A DNA stretch of 45,556 nucleotides from Candidatus Troglogloeales bacterium (lineage in GTDB: Bacteria > Nitrospirota > Nitrospiria > SBBL01): contig SBBL01000099.1 of assembly GCA_005239745.1 (NCBI GenBank), forward strand, positions 1-45,556, in the 5' to 3' direction. The notes beneath the pieces are model-generated. The model was not told the DNA's origin, made no database searches, and saw only the letters and a program-made list of their open reading frames with translations. Positions 28,301 through 37,593 of the stretch are shown piece after piece (position 1 is the stretch's first letter; each line of letters starts with the position of its first letter). The translations under genes and the position numbers were made by a program.

Positions 28301-29509
28301 ATGATGACATATTCTCCTTCTCGGCTTGATACCTATCGGCAGTGTCCGCAAAAATTCAAATTTCACTATATTGACCACCTTTCTTCCCCCACTGAAGGCA
28401 TTGAATCTTTCATGGGATCGCGTGTCCATGAAACGTTGGAGCGGCTCTATTGTGGCCTCCGTTATAATAAAGTGCTTTCGCTTCCGGAGGTATTGGCCGA
28501 TTACAAACAGAGATGGGAGTCGGAATGGCATGATCACGTCCAGATTATCCGGGAAGGGTTAACTCCGGACGATTACCTGTATGTGGGTGAGCAGTGCTTA
28601 ACGGATTACTATCATCGGTATGCCCCCTTTAATCAGAGCCGCACCTTAGGGGTTGAATATCCACTCCGGTTTAGTCTGGATCCTTCCGGCAAATATGTGA
28701 TGCAGGGCAATGTTGACCGTCTGAGTCAGCCCAAAGAGGATGTGATTTGGATCCATGATTATAAGGCAAAAGGGTTTCTGCCTACCCAGGATACCGTAGA
28801 CGCGGACCGACAATTGGCCTACTATCAGATGGGGGTGCAACAGCTCTGGCCGCAAACCAAAGAGGTCGTCCTCGTCTGGCATTATCTTATATTTGACCGG
28901 GAATTCCACTCTTCTAGAACCCAGGCATCGTTGGAGGCGTTGCGGCAGGAAACAATTGCTCTCATCCAGGAAATCGAATCGGCAACGACCTTTCCACCCA
29001 AACAAAGTAGCCTATGTGATTGGTGCGAGTATCGCAACATTTGTCCTCTCTTTCGGCACCTCTATGAAACCAGTACCCTGCCCAAATCTACCTATGAAAA
29101 GGAAGAGGGCGTAGCCCTCGTCAATCGGCTGGCGGCCCTACAGGCCGAAGAGGTTTCGTTGGGAATCGAAATGGACAAGGTAAAGGAAGCGCTGTGCGCG
29201 TACGCGGCACAGAAGGGGGTGGAAACCGTTTTCTCAAAAACGCACAAGGCGCGTATCCGTACGTATGACAACACCCAATTCCCCGGACGAAACGACAACG
29301 GGCGGCAGGCATTGGAAACGCTGTTAAAAAGGGAAGGGAAATGGGAAGAAGTGTCTTCGCTCAATACGGTTGCACTCTCTAAAGCACTTCAAAACGGAGC
29401 ATGGGGTTTGGAGCTGTCCTCCGAGGTACAAAAACATGGGACGCCTCACAAAAGTTTATGGGTAAAGGTCTTTCCCCTCGATGAAGGCGCAAAAGAACAC
29501 CGGTTTTAG
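28301..29509 (+). CDS. PD-(D/E)XK RecB/Cas4-like nuclease with 4Fe-4S motif and C-terminal extension
   Basis: YSPSRL..CP, GSRVH, GNVDRL..HDYK, QLAYY, CDWCEYRNICP. Confidence 0.88.
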   Translation: MMTYSPSRLDTYRQCPQKFKFHYIDHLSSPTEGIESFMGSRVHETLERLYCGLRYNKVLSLPEVLADYKQRWESEWHDHVQIIREGLTPDDYLYVGEQCLTDYYHRYAPFNQSRTLGVEYPLRFSLDPSGKYVMQGNVDRLSQPKEDVIWIHDYKAKGFLPTQDTVDADRQLAYYQMGVQQLWPQTKEVVLVWHYLIFDREFHSSRTQASLEALRQETIALIQEIESATTFPPKQSSLCDWCEYRNICPLFRHLYETSTLPKSTYEKEEGVALVNRLAALQAEEVSLGIEMDKVKEALCAYAAQKGVETVFSKTHKARIRTYDNTQFPGRNDNGRQALETLLKREGKWEEVSSLNTVALSKALQNGAWGLELSSEVQKHGTPHKSLWVKVFPLDEGAKEHRF

Positions 29510-29601
29510 GGCCGCTAGCTCAGTTGGTAGGGGGAATGAGGAACCGGTACACTGGATCATGTACAGAACACCGGTTTTAGGGCCGCTAGCTCAGTTGGTA
29601 G
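29494..29601 (+). repeat. 37-bp perfect direct repeat separated by a 34-bp unique spacer
   Basis: AGAACACCGGTTTTAGGGCCGCTAGCTCAGTTGGTAG at 29494-29530 and 29565-29601. Confidence 0.92.
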
Positions 29602-29652
29602 AGCACCGCCCTTTTAAGGCGTGTGTCCCGGGTTCGAGTCCCGGGCGGCTCA
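29580..29652 (+). tRNA. tRNA-Lys(TTT)
   Basis: GGGCCGC/GCGGCTC acceptor, CGCC-CT-TTT-AA-GGCG arm, CCGGG-TTCGAGT-CCCGG; CCA not encoded. Confidence 0.92.
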
Positions 29653-29964
29653 CGGGTGTCGTGCGCGGTCGGCCAGGATTATGTCGCTTGCCTTCTCACT
29701 GATCATGTAAACGGACGTCACGATGAAAAAGCCTGGAATCTCCGGAAAGACGGAGGCGTCAACGACCCTCAGGTTTTCGGTCCCGTGCACATGAAAATCG
29801 CCCTCTACCACCGCCATTGGGTCGTCCTTTGTCCCGATCTTACAGGTACAGGAAGCATGGTGTCCCCAGGCATTGTCCTTAATGAATTTCCGAAGGTCAT
29901 TTTTCGACGTCATCTTTCCTCCGGGTAAAACCTCCCGTACCACAATCCCCTGAGTGCGATCCAT
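29650..29964 (-). pseudogene. GMC oxidoreductase C-terminal fragment
   Basis: WGHHASCTCKIG..DPMAVV..VHGTENLRVVDASVFP..YMISEKASD; 5' part replaced by a MITE end. Confidence 0.85.
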
Positions 29965-29966
29965 AA

Positions 29967-30032
29967 GGACACCTCTAAAAACCTGCCGCTCTCGGCCCAA
30001 GTGCAAGGGCTACTGCGCACAGGAACCGGAAT
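29967..30032 (+). mobile_element. Partial MITE (left end)
   Basis: GGACACCTCTAAAAACC..CGGCCCAAGTGCAAGG..CACAGGAACCG aligns with 8782-8845. Confidence 0.8.
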
Positions 30033-30126
30033 ATATCTTTAGCCTATGATAGTAAGGCGCAGGAAGAATGCATCACTCGGTCATTTTATGGTAGGCTGGG
30101 GAGCACATAGGGGTGTCAGGTGGGAG

Positions 30127-30444
30127 ATGGCAGGAAAAGACGGCAACGGGCATACCTCTGAACGTTCTGAACGGCATGGGTTGTCTGCCGATGTAGACGT
30201 TAATCTATCGGATAGCGTAGAGGGCAAGGCATACACTGCACACGCGATAAACGTTAGTGCGGGGGGATGCTGTCTAAAAACCGACGCCCCTTTAGAAAAA
30301 TCTCAAGTCATTCAACTAAGACTGAGGCTTACTGCGACGGACGCGGCCCTTCCCGTCAGTGCGGAAGTTTGCTGGGTGGATACCCTAGCGGGTAATCGCG
30401 GATATCTCGTCGGCCTCCGATTTATTGATGAGGAACCTCTTTAA
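30127..30444 (+). CDS. PilZ-domain protein
   Basis: [27 protein letters not shown]; ATG 30127 preferred over 30046. Confidence 0.8.
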   Translation: MAGKDGNGHTSERSERHGLSADVDVNLSDSVEGKAYTAHAINVSAGGCCLKTDAPLEKSQVIQLRLRLTATDAALPVSAEVCWVDTLAGNRGYLVGLRFIDEEPL

Positions 30445-31652
30445 TGTCTTCCACAGACCGGCAGATTGAGGATGCCGTTGCAGATATTCGGGCGGGACGG
30501 ATGGTCGTCCTCAGTGATGACGAGGACAGAGAAAACGAAAGTGATCTCGTTATGGCTGCAGAGGCGGTGTCACCGGAGGCCATCAATTTTATGGCCAAAT
30601 ATGGAAGGGGACTGATCTGTCTGTCGTTGACGGAGCAGCGGTGCGAACAGTTACGACTCCCGCAGATGGCTTTGGACAATACCTCTCCCTTTGGAACAGC
30701 CTTTACCCTGTCCATTGATGCCAGTCACGGCATTACAACGGGGATCAGTGCCAATGACCGCGCAGTTACTATCCGGACGGCCATTGCAAAAGAAACGGTG
30801 CCTGCAGATCTCGCGCGACCCGGGCACGTGTTCCCTATCCGCGCCCAAACAGGCGGTGTCTTAAAACGTGCCGGACAAACGGAAGGGTCCCTCGACCTTG
30901 CCCGTATGGCAGGGCTCGTCCCTGCCGGAGTTCTTTGCGAGATTATGAATGACGACGGGACAATGGCACGGGGTCACGATATTGAGGCGTTTACCAAAAA
31001 GCATCACCTGAAGTGGATCACGATTCGAGACCTCATTCAGTACCGGATGAAGCGAGAGTGTCTGGTACAGCGCGTGGCCGATGCCGACCTTCCGACGCAT
31101 TCTGGCACCTTTCGAGCGATTGCCTACCAAAACAAGCTGAGCGACCAGCTTCATATTGCCCTTATCAAGGGAGAGAGTAGACCGGATACGCCTGTCCTGG
31201 TACGTGTGCATTCAGGTTGCATTACGGGCGATGTTTTTGGCTCCATACGCTGTGATTGTGGAGAACAATTACATACGGCAATGCTTAAAATAGAGCAAGC
31301 AGGTGAGGGGGTATTGCTCTATCTTAACCAAGAAGGCCGCGGTATCGGCCTGTTAAACAAATTAAAGGCGTATAAGTTACAGGACGCCGGCAGCGATACC
31401 GTGCAGGCAAATCTTTCCTTGGGGTTCAAGGCCGACTTAAGAGACTATGGCATTGGCGCACAAATTTTGGTTGATTTAGGCCTACGCAAAATTAGATTAA
31501 TGACCAACAATCCGCGGAAGATCATTGGAATTGAGGGCTACGGGCTAGAAGTTGTCGAACGCATCCCCATTGAAACCGTACCGCGGGAGAAGAATATCCA
31601 CTACCTTCGCACCAAAAAAGATAAGATGGGACATCTTTTGAATCGGGTGTGA
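30444..31652 (+). CDS. ribBA: Bifunctional DHBP synthase / GTP cyclohydrolase II
   Basis: [44 protein letters not shown]. Confidence 0.97.
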   Translation: MSSTDRQIEDAVADIRAGRMVVLSDDEDRENESDLVMAAEAVSPEAINFMAKYGRGLICLSLTEQRCEQLRLPQMALDNTSPFGTAFTLSIDASHGITTGISANDRAVTIRTAIAKETVPADLARPGHVFPIRAQTGGVLKRAGQTEGSLDLARMAGLVPAGVLCEIMNDDGTMARGHDIEAFTKKHHLKWITIRDLIQYRMKRECLVQRVADADLPTHSGTFRAIAYQNKLSDQLHIALIKGESRPDTPVLVRVHSGCITGDVFGSIRCDCGEQLHTAMLKIEQAGEGVLLYLNQEGRGIGLLNKLKAYKLQDAGSDTVQANLSLGFKADLRDYGIGAQILVDLGLRKIRLMTNNPRKIIGIEGYGLEVVERIPIETVPREKNIHYLRTKKDKMGHLLNRV

Positions 31653-31673
31653 AGGGTATGCGCGGTCAACCTC

Positions 31674-32300
31674 TTGAATCAAAAACCTATTATCACGATA
31701 GACGGGCCCGCGGGTGCAGGCAAGAGCAGTGTGGCTTCTGCACTTGCAAAACGTCTCGGATTTACCGTCCTTCACTCCGGACTTCTTTACCGGACCGTGG
31801 CGTGGCAGGTTGTGCAACAGTCCATTGATCCTATGGATCGGGAGGCCGTTGAGGCGCTTTGCCCATCGCTACCGCTTGAAACGCCGGAAACAACGGCCGC
31901 TCTGCACACAACAGAGGTTGATCATATCGCATCCATTATTTCTACCTATCTTGGCGTACGGGCTAATCTGCTTTCCGTTCAACGTGCGCTTGCTGGTAAT
32001 GGAGGAGTCGTCGCGGAAGGGCGCGACATGGGAACGGTTGTTTTCCCTGCGGCCGATCTGAAATTTTATTTAGACGCATCGCCAACGGTACGCGCACAGC
32101 GGCGTCTTCAGCAGGGACGAGGAACCCGAGAAAGGGCAGAAGTCGAAGCGGCTATGGTAAACCGCGACAACCGAGATCATTGCCGAGCAATAGCGCCACT
32201 TACCGCAGCACACGACGCTATTATCATAGACTCCACCCGTCTAACCCTAGAGACTGTGGTAGAGACCCTACTCAAAGAAATCAATCGGAAAATTTATTGA
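31674..32300 (+). CDS. cmk: Cytidylate kinase
   Basis: ITIDGPAGAGKS, VAEGRDMGTVVFP, RD.RD..R.IAPL. Confidence 0.92.
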   Translation: MNQKPIITIDGPAGAGKSSVASALAKRLGFTVLHSGLLYRTVAWQVVQQSIDPMDREAVEALCPSLPLETPETTAALHTTEVDHIASIISTYLGVRANLLSVQRALAGNGGVVAEGRDMGTVVFPAADLKFYLDASPTVRAQRRLQQGRGTRERAEVEAAMVNRDNRDHCRAIAPLTAAHDAIIIDSTRLTLETVVETLLKEINRKIY

Positions 32301-32326
32301 CTCTTTGCATTGGCTTCTCGTATAAT
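32297..32326 (+). promoter_or_regulatory. Putative sigma70 promoter for the polysaccharide export genes
   Basis: TTGACT, 18 bp, TATAAT. Confidence 0.65.
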
Positions 32327-32412
32327 ACCACCCTCGATGTTGTTATTCGTGGTCGGCCCCGGTTCCTTCCTCGTTTCAGTTAAACTCTTAAACCTATATT
32401 TCGGAGAGATTT

Positions 32413-35337
32413 ATGGTCAGGGTCGCAAGGGGTTTAAGTATACTCCTGTTTTTATCGTTGATAGTCTCGATTTGTCCAACCCTGTCCTTTGCGCAGGGAA
32501 GAACATCCACAAACGCTCTTTTACCGCCTTGTCCGGTTTTACCACCGGCCGTGACGGAGCCATGTGAAGAGGCCCCTTCTCTGACACCACCAACCCAAAC
32601 ATCACCGGGTCCGACCATGGAAGCGCCCGCCCCTCTCCCTTTGAAAAGGGCTAAGACGGAAAAAATTGAAGAACCCGATACGGAAAAACTCGAAGAACCG
32701 GACAGTGTGCTGCCGGCAGACTTTCGCAGAGGGTTAGTAAGGTTTGGGCAGGTGTTTTTTGAGCCGGCAAGGCGAAGGATTCTTGAACTGGAGCGCCGTG
32801 TCATCAGCGGGGAAACGTCGCTGCCTACGGTGCAGCAACGCGACGCCATTTCCGGGTTCGTTGGACCGCTTGAGATGGTAAGCTCGTCCGTGTATGCGAC
32901 CATCCCCAACCGTTACGTGTTATCTCCAGGGGATAGCGTACAGATTAGCTATTGGGGCACAATGCTTGACCTTCAACGGGTAAAATTAGTCGTTGATGAA
33001 AAAGGAGAGGTCATTATTCCACAGGGTGGAGTAATGGTTGTGCGTGGGATGACATTAGATCAGTTCCAAAAGGCCGTGAAGGAAGAGCTACGCCGGGTTA
33101 CCGTGGAAGACCTGGAATTGATTGCCACACTAGACCAGCTAAAAAGCATACAAATATTTGTAACGGGAGAGGCGTTTAGGCCGGGCAGCTACGCCGTCAG
33201 CGCAGCCACAACCCTGTTTAATGCCCTTTATGCGGCGGGGGGGCCGTCTGACCGAGGATCGCTTCGGGACATCCGCCTGTTGCGTAATCAACTGGAAACC
33301 AGGGTGGATATGTACGACTACCTCCTACGTGGCGATAGTGAAGCCGACTTCCCCCTCAGGCCCGGTGACACCATTTTTATTCCGGTTGCCACACGGACGG
33401 TTGCTATACGAGGCGAGGTCGTTCGCCCCGGGATCTATGACCTTAGGGAGAACGAAAACATAGAGGCCTTGATTGCACTTGCCGGTGGTATCAAAACGAC
33501 GGGTATCCTGCAGCAGGTACAAATCATTTCGCTTACTCCCAATAAAGAGAGGAAGATTTTAGAGGTAGAACTGCCCGATGCCGGTATCATTCCAAACGTG
33601 CCGTTATACAATGGCGACGTGGTAACGGTTCAGGCCATCCTCCCCATTATTGAAAATCAGGTTCTGTTGCAGGGCAAGGTAGAGCGGCCAGGGGTTTATG
33701 CGCTCAAGCCGGGGATGCAGGTGTCGGACTTGTTCAGCGACATCAACCGGCCGCTGGGAGAGGCCTATTTGGAGCGGGCTGATCTTATTCGCCTAAATGC
33801 CGATAAACGAACAACCACACTCATTCCCGTTGCCCTCGGCAAGGCACTTGAAAAGGACCCCGCCTATAATATTCCGCTGGCCTCGATGGACAGGCTGGTC
33901 GTCTATTCAAAATGGGAGATTGCCTTCCATCCGGAACGTGAGGTGACCGTGGCGGGGTCGGTGCAGCGGCCGGGCAAATACCCGCGGTCCGACAAGATGA
34001 CCCTACGTGACCTCCTTGTTGTGGCAGGCGGCGTCCTGCCAGAGACCCACCTGTTGCGCGCAGACCTTTCACGCTACGACTTTGCACGCGAGATCACCAC
34101 CCTCATACCGGTCAATCTGCACAAACTGCTCAACGGGGACGATACCGAAAATATCTTGCTTGCCGACCGGGACGCCCTCCGTGTCTATTCTGAAAAAGAG
34201 GCGCAGTTTATCCCAGAACATACGGTTACCCTCACAGGGTCGGTGCAGCGGCCGGGGATCTATCCGCGTTCGAAGGGGATGCGGCTGTATGACCTATTTT
34301 CAGCCGCGGGCGGGCCACTTCCCAGCGCCCACGATACCATTGAAATTGTGCGCGCCAGAACCCAAGGGGCGTTGACACTACTTACTGCGAACCTCACGGG
34401 CATCTTGAAGCGGGACCCGGCCTCTGACCTCCTTATCGAGGATGAAGACGTGGTCATGGTGCGCAGGAAGACGGAGTTTTTTGATAAGCCGTTGTTTGTC
34501 ACGCTGAACGGGGAGGTCGCTCGCCCAGGAACGTACCCGCTTCGCACCCGCGATGCGCGTTTTAGCGACATCCTTAAGATGGCCGGTGGTTTTACACCGC
34601 TGGCGTACCCGAAAGGAACGGTTTTTACAAGGAAAAGGGAGTATCTGTCCTCACCTGAGCAGACCGGGGACCTTTCCTTTGCCAACAGCCTTATCAACAT
34701 TATCAACGATTCCGATTACGAACGGCAGTTGGCGAGAAGCGCCTATCTTACGCGCAAGGAAAAAGAGGAAAAGGCCCAGGTATCGGGGTTGACGGGAACG
34801 GACCTTTTTTCGAAGACGTCCACTATTGCGTCAAACGTTGGCGAGACCACAAGACAATTTGTAAGCGCCGTTGAAGACCAGCCAGCGGTGGTCAGCCGGT
34901 CACGCAAGTTTGGTGAACATGAGCTGCAGACAACAGGGAGGCTCATTGTTGACATAGAAGGTAGCGATCCCTCTTTGAGAGACGGAGACGTCATTACCGT
35001 CCCCCTCAGGCCCACGACGGTGGACGTGGTGGGGGCAGTGATCCGGCCCACCACCATTGCCTATCGGAGCGGTAAGGCGGAGGTCTACATTGACTTGGCC
35101 GGCGGATATGCAGAGGATGCCAACACGGAAAAGGTCCTGGTGCTTGGGGTAGATGGTTCTATGCGCCAGGCCAATGAGGTCAAACGTATCCATCCCGGAG
35201 ACGTGATCTACGTGCCCCCTAAGGTGATTACGCTGGAGGTTGTGGATACAACGGACAAAATTATTGACGCTGTTAAATATGCGCTCACCACCATTGCCAG
35301 CGTGATCGCCTTTGTTGCCTTAATCGGAACGCTCTAG
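32413..35337 (+). CDS. Polysaccharide export protein with multiple SLBB domains (Wza/KpsD-like)
   Basis: Signal peptide, Poly_export motif YVLSPGD, repeated V.(V/L).G.V.RPG.Y..AGG units, C-terminal hydrophobic helix. Confidence 0.88.
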   Translation: MVRVARGLSILLFLSLIVSICPTLSFAQGRTSTNALLPPCPVLPPAVTEPCEEAPSLTPPTQTSPGPTMEAPAPLPLKRAKTEKIEEPDTEKLEEPDSVLPADFRRGLVRFGQVFFEPARRRILELERRVISGETSLPTVQQRDAISGFVGPLEMVSSSVYATIPNRYVLSPGDSVQISYWGTMLDLQRVKLVVDEKGEVIIPQGGVMVVRGMTLDQFQKAVKEELRRVTVEDLELIATLDQLKSIQIFVTGEAFRPGSYAVSAATTLFNALYAAGGPSDRGSLRDIRLLRNQLETRVDMYDYLLRGDSEADFPLRPGDTIFIPVATRTVAIRGEVVRPGIYDLRENENIEALIALAGGIKTTGILQQVQIISLTPNKERKILEVELPDAGIIPNVPLYNGDVVTVQAILPIIENQVLLQGKVERPGVYALKPGMQVSDLFSDINRPLGEAYLERADLIRLNADKRTTTLIPVALGKALEKDPAYNIPLASMDRLVVYSKWEIAFHPEREVTVAGSVQRPGKYPRSDKMTLRDLLVVAGGVLPETHLLRADLSRYDFAREITTLIPVNLHKLLNGDDTENILLADRDALRVYSEKEAQFIPEHTVTLTGSVQRPGIYPRSKGMRLYDLFSAAGGPLPSAHDTIEIVRARTQGALTLLTANLTGILKRDPASDLLIEDEDVVMVRRKTEFFDKPLFVTLNGEVARPGTYPLRTRDARFSDILKMAGGFTPLAYPKGTVFTRKREYLSSPEQTGDLSFANSLINIINDSDYERQLARSAYLTRKEKEEKAQVSGLTGTDLFSKTSTIASNVGETTRQFVSAVEDQPAVVSRSRKFGEHELQTTGRLIVDIEGSDPSLRDGDVITVPLRPTTVDVVGAVIRPTTIAYRSGKAEVYIDLAGGYAEDANTEKVLVLGVDGSMRQANEVKRIHPGDVIYVPPKVITLEVVDTTDKIIDAVKYALTTIASVIAFVALIGTL

Positions 35338-35356
35338 GGCACCCTCCCAGGAAACG

Positions 35357-36508
35357 ATGGATGACGATGAGATAAATCTGCTTGATTATTGGCGTGTTCT
35401 GGTTAAGCGGAGGCGCCTGATGGTCAAGATCGTCGTCGGGGCCTTTGTTGCCTCTGTCGTGATTAGCTTGGCCTTGCCCAAGGTCTATACGGCCGAGACG
35501 GTCATCCTCGCCGCACAAAGCGAAAACAGGATTTTAAGTTCGCTAACAATGGGTATGGAGACAGGTCCCAGCGCCCCTTCCTTCTTTTTTGGACAAAATG
35601 AAGTGGCCAAACGTTGGGAGGCCATATTGAGGAGTCGGTCTGTTCTTGACGTTATTCTCAAACTGTTTGGTCTGGTAGAGGTTTTTGAGGCAGAGACGCA
35701 GGAAGATGCCCGCAAGTCACTCGAGGACATGGTGGATATTAAAACATCCAAAAATGATACCCTCTCCATTGCTGTGACCGATGAAGAGCCGAAGCGGGCG
35801 GCGGATATTGCCAATGCGCTGGTTCAGGCGCTGGACACTTTTAACAAAAAGACCGTGATGACGTCTGGGGGACGGGCACGGGAGTTTATAGAAAAGCGGC
35901 TTGCCGAGGTCAAGAAAGACCTGGCCCGAGAAGAAGAGGCCTTGCGCGCCTTTAAGGAACAGAATAAGTCGCTTGAGGTGACCGCACAGGCCGGATCCAT
36001 TGCGGCGGCGGTTGGGGCCGTTCAGGGCCAGTTGATGGCGAAGGAAGTAGAACTTGAAACGCTCCTTTCGTACGCCACATCCCACAATCCACGGGTTGAC
36101 CTGATCAGGAACGAGGTCGCCGGGCTGCAAAGAAGTCTACGTGAGTTAGAGTCCGGAAGGCGTGGAGACCGTGTCGGCGGGACGGTGTTTGTCCCGCTCG
36201 AGGAAGTCCCCGGTCTGTCACTACAGTACGCGCGACTCGTCCGTAACGCAGCCATCCAGGGAACGTTATACGAGGTTCTGGCCAAGCAGTATGAGATAGC
36301 CCGTATTCAGGAGGCACAGGATACACCGACGATACGTATTATCGATCATGCGGTTGTCCCAGAAAAAAAATCCGGGCCACGGCGAGCGCTAATCGTCCTG
36401 CTTGCGACGTTTACTGCCGGGTTCTTTGCTGTTTTTACGGCCTTTTTCCTGGAATGGCTTGAGAGGACCAAACAGCCGTTGGCCCAAGCGTCTCCCCAAG
36501 CGTCTTAA
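35357..36508 (+). CDS. Polysaccharide chain-length determinant (Wzz/GNVR domain)
   Basis: DDEINLLDYW N-terminus, two TM helices, coiled coil, IIDHAVVPEKKSGPRR. Confidence 0.88.
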   Translation: MDDDEINLLDYWRVLVKRRRLMVKIVVGAFVASVVISLALPKVYTAETVILAAQSENRILSSLTMGMETGPSAPSFFFGQNEVAKRWEAILRSRSVLDVILKLFGLVEVFEAETQEDARKSLEDMVDIKTSKNDTLSIAVTDEEPKRAADIANALVQALDTFNKKTVMTSGGRAREFIEKRLAEVKKDLAREEEALRAFKEQNKSLEVTAQAGSIAAAVGAVQGQLMAKEVELETLLSYATSHNPRVDLIRNEVAGLQRSLRELESGRRGDRVGGTVFVPLEEVPGLSLQYARLVRNAAIQGTLYEVLAKQYEIARIQEAQDTPTIRIIDHAVVPEKKSGPRRALIVLLATFTAGFFAVFTAFFLEWLERTKQPLAQASPQAS

Positions 36509-36514
36509 TGATGA

Positions 36515-36730
36515 ATGATGGCGATACGAATTACGCTAAACGGTGAAACACGGGAAGTTATCGCGGGAATCAGCCTACAGGCGCTCCTTACGCAATTAAA
36601 TATCGCCAGTCGGCGGATTGCCGTAGAACATAATCTACAGATCGTTGATCCGGAACGGTTCGATCAGGTACCCATAAAGGCCGGTGACCGTATTGAGATT
36701 ATCGGTTTCGTCGGAGGCGGGAGATGGTAG
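36515..36730 (+). CDS. thiS: Sulfur carrier protein ThiS with RW after the terminal glycines
   Basis: [25 protein letters not shown]; directly upstream of thiG. Confidence 0.9.
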   Translation: MMAIRITLNGETREVIAGISLQALLTQLNIASRRIAVEHNLQIVDPERFDQVPIKAGDRIEIIGFVGGGRW

Positions 36731-37533
36731 AAGGGAATGGGGAAAGAGAGGGAGGGGTAGATCAACCGCTTACGATCCATGGCGTTGTTCTATCCTCCCG
36801 CCTGATCGTTGGAACAGGCAAGTATGTTTCTTTTGAAGCCACGCAGAAAGCCGTGGAAGCAAGCGGGGCTGATTGTGTAACGGTTGCCGTACGGAGGGTG
36901 AATATTCTGGATCGCCATTCTGAAAATCTGTTGGATTATCTTGACCCAAAACGCTACCGCATTCTTCCCAATACGGCAGGCTGTTATACGGCAGAGGAGG
37001 CCATCCGGACGGCACGTCTAGCGCGTGCAGCGGGGATTTCCGATTGGGTCAAACTAGAGGTTATTGGCGACCCGAAAACGTTATTCCCGGACAATGAGGC
37101 CCTACTTACGGCTACCCGTACGTTAGTTAAGGAAGGTTTTGTCGTCTTTCCGTATACGAATGACGATCCCGTGATGGCCAAGAAACTTGAGGATGCAGGG
37201 GCCGCAGTTGTCATGCCGCTGGCGGCCCCCATTGGTTCCGGCCTAGGCGTCCGAAACCCCTATAACATCCGTATTATGATGGAAACCGTCTCTGTCCCTA
37301 TCATCTTAGACGCGGGGGTGGGTACCGCTTCCGATGCGACCATCGCCATGGAGTTGGGGTGTAGCGGCGTTTTGATGAACACCGCCATTGCCGAAGCCAG
37401 ATTTCCATTTCAAATGGCCAAAGCTATGAACTATGCCGTTCGCGCCGGACGCTTAGCCTACCTTGCCGGCCGCATGCCCAAACGGCTCTATGCAACAGCC
37501 AGCAGCCCTCTTGAGGGAATACTAACCGGATGA
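36724..37533 (+). CDS. thiG: Thiazole synthase
   Basis: [42 protein letters not shown]. Confidence 0.97.
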   Translation: MVEGNGEREGGVDQPLTIHGVVLSSRLIVGTGKYVSFEATQKAVEASGADCVTVAVRRVNILDRHSENLLDYLDPKRYRILPNTAGCYTAEEAIRTARLARAAGISDWVKLEVIGDPKTLFPDNEALLTATRTLVKEGFVVFPYTNDDPVMAKKLEDAGAAVVMPLAAPIGSGLGVRNPYNIRIMMETVSVPIILDAGVGTASDATIAMELGCSGVLMNTAIAEARFPFQMAKAMNYAVRAGRLAYLAGRMPKRLYATASSPLEGILTG

Positions 37534-37536
37534 AAT

Positions 37537-37582
37537 CCCTAGCCCCGCAGCCGGCGCTCCGGCCCCCTTAACCAAGGAGGGG
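37537..37582. repeat. REP-like element upstream of pstB
   Basis: CCCTAGCCCCGCAGCCGGCGCTCCGGCCCCCTTAACCAAGGAGGGG, homologous to 13319-13374. Confidence 0.7.
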
Positions 37583-37593
37583 AGGAATAAGCA

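Noticed and set aside
29509-29530. Second tRNA-Lys gene
   Set aside because: Only the first 22 nt are present
28301-29601. Bona fide CRISPR-Cas locus
   Set aside because: Only two repeats, the repeat is gene/tRNA sequence, no cas1, cas2 or effector genes; stand-alone RecB-like nucleases are common
32656-32703. Short in-frame tandem duplications (TEKIEEPD/TEKLEEPD; also ~344-363 in gspD and ~36483-36505 in wzz)
   Set aside because: Ordinary slippage in low-complexity linkers
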